From: Cyanobacteriota bacterium
GTDB taxonomy: Bacteria; Cyanobacteriota; Cyanobacteriia; Cyanobacteriales; Nostocaceae
Assembly (NCBI GenBank): GCA_046045965.1
Contig: JBJOKS010000005.1
Span: forward strand, 32,001 to 96,000
Length of the DNA: 64,000 bases
Reading direction: 5' to 3'
Shown: positions 60,920 to 64,000 of the stretch, piece after piece
Layout: each line of letters begins with the position of its first letter
How positions within the stretch are numbered: the first letter of the stretch is position 1
Translations under genes and position numbers: made by a program
Notes under the pieces: model-generated
Database searches by the model: none
Seen by the model: only the letters and a program-made list of their open reading frames with translations
What the model was told of the DNA's origin: nothing

Positions 60920-61344
60920 ATATCCTCCCCCATCTCCCCACCACCAGTTCTCCCCTAATGAGAAAAAATGCAATTTTTATGTAACTAAATTTTCATCAAG
61001 ATTCATGAGAATTTTAAAAGTTTTCTAGCATTTCGATAAAGCTAAATTATAATTAGCCCAATTTCTTGACAATGTAGCAGTCTCTATGATATTTATGTCG
61101 ATTTGGGATCAGATCAACAAAATCTCAACATCAATAGTCTATTGTTTGTGATTAGTCCCACAGAAGCTGGTAAATTCGACCTCCTCAGCACACTAGCTAC
61201 ACAAAAAGTAATAAAAATTTAGAAATTAACCCATCAACTTGTCTGGTGGCTAAAGGGTGTCTATATTCTTGATACAGATACCCAAAATTTTAGCCTGTGC
61301 TAAAATCAGCATACCGGCACGACGCAGGTGATGGGAAAAATGCC

Positions 61345-63816
61345 ATGTTTGAACGCTTCACAGAAAAAGCCATTAAGGTAATCATGCTGGCCCAAGAAGA
61401 GGCCCGCCGTTTAGGTCACAACTTTGTGGGAACCGAGCAGATCCTCCTGGGTCTGATCGGGGAAGGCACAGGAGTAGCCGCCAAGGTTCTAAAGTCAATG
61501 GGTGTCAATCTTAAAGATGCCCGCATTGAAGTTGAAAAGATCATAGGCCGAGGTTCCGGCTTTGTGGCCGTGGAAATTCCGTTTACACCACGGGCAAAGC
61601 GGGTTTTAGAACTATCCTTGGAAGAAGCACGCCAACTAGGGCATAACTACATTGGCACCGAGCATCTGCTGTTGGGCCTCATCCGCGAAGGGGAAGGTGT
61701 AGCAGCCAGGGTGCTAGAAAACCTGGGTGTAGATTTGTCTAAGGTGAGAACCCAAGTGATTCGGATGTTGGGAGAAACTGCGGAAGTTACTCCTGGCGGT
61801 CCTTCGGGTCGCACTAAAACCCCAACTTTGGATGAATTCGGCTCTAATTTGACCCAAATGGCCGTTGATAACAAGCTCGATCCTGTGGTGGGACGCGCCA
61901 AGGAAATCGAGCGTGTAATTCAAATTTTGGGTCGCCGGACTAAAAATAATCCAGTGCTGATTGGTGAACCTGGGGTTGGTAAAACAGCCATTGCTGAAGG
62001 TTTAGCCAGCCGCATCGCTAACAAAGATGTCCCGGACATCTTGGAAGATAAGCGTGTTGTCACTCTCGATATTGGGCTGCTAGTAGCAGGAACTAAGTAC
62101 CGGGGTGAATTTGAAGAACGCCTAAAGAAAATCATGGATGAGATCCGCCAAGCGGGTAATGTCATCCTGGTAATTGACGAGGTTCATACTTTAATCGGTG
62201 CTGGTGCGGCTGAAGGGGCGATTGATGCAGCGAATATCCTCAAACCAGCTTTGGCCAGGGGTGAGTTGCAATGTATCGGTGCGACTACTTTGGATGAGTA
62301 CCGCAAGCACATTGAACGGGATGCAGCGTTAGAAAGACGCTTTCAGCCTGTGATGGTGGGTGAGCCTTCCGTTGATGAAACAATTGAAATTTTATATGGT
62401 TTGCGCGATCGCTATGAAGCACACCACAAGTTAAAAATCTCTGATGAAGCTTTAGTAGCAGCGGCGAAATTGTCTGATCGATATATTAGCGATCGCTACC
62501 TCCCAGATAAAGCCATCGACTTGGTTGATGAAGCAGGTTCTCGCGTCCGCTTGATTAACTCCCAACTACCCCCAGCAGCGAAGGAGTTAGACAAGGAACT
62601 GCGGCAAATCTTAAAAGAAAAAGATGATGCTGTCCGTTCTCAGGACTTTGACAAAGCCGGTGAACTGCGCGACAGAGAAATGGAAATTAAAGCGGAAATC
62701 CGCACCATTGCTCAAACTAAAACCAATGCAGCTGGTGGTGATGGTGTTGAACCTGTGGTGACAGAGGAAGACATTGCTCACATTGTGGCTTCTTGGACTG
62801 GTGTACCAGTGAACAAACTCACTGAATCTGAATCCGAGAAGTTGCTGCACATGGAAGACACCTTACATCAGCGCCTCATCGGTCAAGATGACGCTGTGAA
62901 GGCTGTTTCCCGCGCTATTCGTCGCGCTCGTGTGGGATTGAAGAATCCTAACCGACCCATTGCGAGTTTTGTCTTCTCCGGGCCAACTGGGGTAGGTAAA
63001 ACCGAGTTGGCTAAGTCCTTGGCTTCTTACTTCTTCGGTTCTGAAGAAGCAATGATTCGCTTAGATATGTCCGAGTACATGGAGCGTCACACCGTCAGTA
63101 AGTTGATCGGTTCTCCTCCAGGTTACGTTGGTTATAACGAAGGTGGTCAGTTAACGGAAGCTGTACGCCGTCGTCCTTACACTGTGGTGCTGTTTGACGA
63201 AATCGAAAAAGCGCACCCTGATGTTTTCAATATGCTGCTGCAAATTTTAGAAGATGGTCGTTTGACTGATGCTAAAGGACGCACAGTAGACTTTAAGAAC
63301 ACTTTGTTAATTTTGACTTCTAACATTGGTTCTAAGGTAATTGAAAAAGGCGGTAGCGGTATTGGTTTCGAGTTTGCTGAGGATCAAACTGAGTCTCAAT
63401 ACAACCGGATTCGTTCTTTAGTGAATGAGGAACTGAAGCAATACTTCCGTCCTGAATTCTTGAACCGTTTGGATGAAATTATCGTCTTCCGTCAGTTGAA
63501 TAAGGCTGAAGTTACCGAAATCGCCGACATTATGCTTAAAGAAGTGTTTGGTCGGTTGACAGAAAAAGGCATTACTTTAGAAGTGAGCGATCGCTTCAAG
63601 GACCGCCTAATTCAAGAAGGTTACAGCCCCAGCTACGGTGCAAGACCATTACGTCGGGCAATTATGCGCTTGTTAGAAGATAGTTTGGCGGAAGAAATTC
63701 TGTCTGGACGCATCAAAGACGGTGATATTGCTTACGTTGATGTGGATGAAAATGGTGTTGTCCAAGTTACTGCTCAACAGCGTCGGGAGTTGTTAACCCC
63801 TGGTGTTGAGTTGTAG
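61345..63816 (+). CDS. clpC: ATP-dependent Clp protease ATP-binding subunit ClpC
   Basis: MFERFTEKA; two AAA+ modules ([16 protein letters not shown]); UVR domain. Confidence 0.97.
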   Translation: MFERFTEKAIKVIMLAQEEARRLGHNFVGTEQILLGLIGEGTGVAAKVLKSMGVNLKDARIEVEKIIGRGSGFVAVEIPFTPRAKRVLELSLEEARQLGHNYIGTEHLLLGLIREGEGVAARVLENLGVDLSKVRTQVIRMLGETAEVTPGGPSGRTKTPTLDEFGSNLTQMAVDNKLDPVVGRAKEIERVIQILGRRTKNNPVLIGEPGVGKTAIAEGLASRIANKDVPDILEDKRVVTLDIGLLVAGTKYRGEFEERLKKIMDEIRQAGNVILVIDEVHTLIGAGAAEGAIDAANILKPALARGELQCIGATTLDEYRKHIERDAALERRFQPVMVGEPSVDETIEILYGLRDRYEAHHKLKISDEALVAAAKLSDRYISDRYLPDKAIDLVDEAGSRVRLINSQLPPAAKELDKELRQILKEKDDAVRSQDFDKAGELRDREMEIKAEIRTIAQTKTNAAGGDGVEPVVTEEDIAHIVASWTGVPVNKLTESESEKLLHMEDTLHQRLIGQDDAVKAVSRAIRRARVGLKNPNRPIASFVFSGPTGVGKTELAKSLASYFFGSEEAMIRLDMSEYMERHTVSKLIGSPPGYVGYNEGGQLTEAVRRRPYTVVLFDEIEKAHPDVFNMLLQILEDGRLTDAKGRTVDFKNTLLILTSNIGSKVIEKGGSGIGFEFAEDQTESQYNRIRSLVNEELKQYFRPEFLNRLDEIIVFRQLNKAEVTEIADIMLKEVFGRLTEKGITLEVSDRFKDRLIQEGYSPSYGARPLRRAIMRLLEDSLAEEILSGRIKDGDIAYVDVDENGVVQVTAQQRRELLTPGVEL

Positions 63817-63842
63817 TTAGGACTTTTTTAAATTGTTAATTG

Positions 63843-63880
63843 AACGGTGGAGGATGTAGGTTCTCTGCCGTTTTTTTTGT
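63843..63880 (+). terminator. Intrinsic terminator after clpC
   Basis: AACGGTGGAGGA...TTCTCTGCCGTT stem followed by a T-tract. Confidence 0.65.
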
Positions 63881-64000
63881 TTCGCGCAATCTCTCTTAGA
63901 GATCCCGCAGGGTAGACGCTAAGGAGCAAAGGCGCAAAGAGGAGGAAGGGAAAAGATCAAAGTTGAAATAAACTGAGTAATGATATAATGTAAGATCGGT

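Overview
Chromosomal window from a filamentous, probably heterocyst-forming cyanobacterium (Nostocales-like), judged from frequent HIP1 GCGATCGC octamers, heptameric STRR arrays, and acsF, ccmP, crtO, clpR-clpP3, dnaK3-dnaJ, lysA-cdaA-uppS and clpC. Core genes alternate with accessory blocks. (i) At 0.3-3.4 kb, a HigBA-like TA pair bracketed by ~45-bp direct repeats is followed by an ABC-ATPase + TOPRIM-like gene pair (PARIS/RloAB-like defence candidate). (ii) Sensory genes include an ethylene-binding-domain/insert-Cys cyanobacteriochrome hybrid kinase and a two-CBCR diguanylate cyclase. (iii) A decayed copper locus lies at 29.4-30.3 kb. (iv) The best candidate for an undescribed system is a ~14-kb island (41.4-55.5 kb) encoding a sigma-like factor, a DUF1822 protein, a ~1840-aa CHAT(caspase-like)-NACHT-helical repeat-TM protein, two proteins sharing a 36-aa double-glycine leader, a C39-peptidase ABC exporter and HlyD. 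It ends in a MITE and an ORF-less IS200/IS605-derived element that may express an omega-type RNA. All calls come from reading motifs by eye; no database searches were run.
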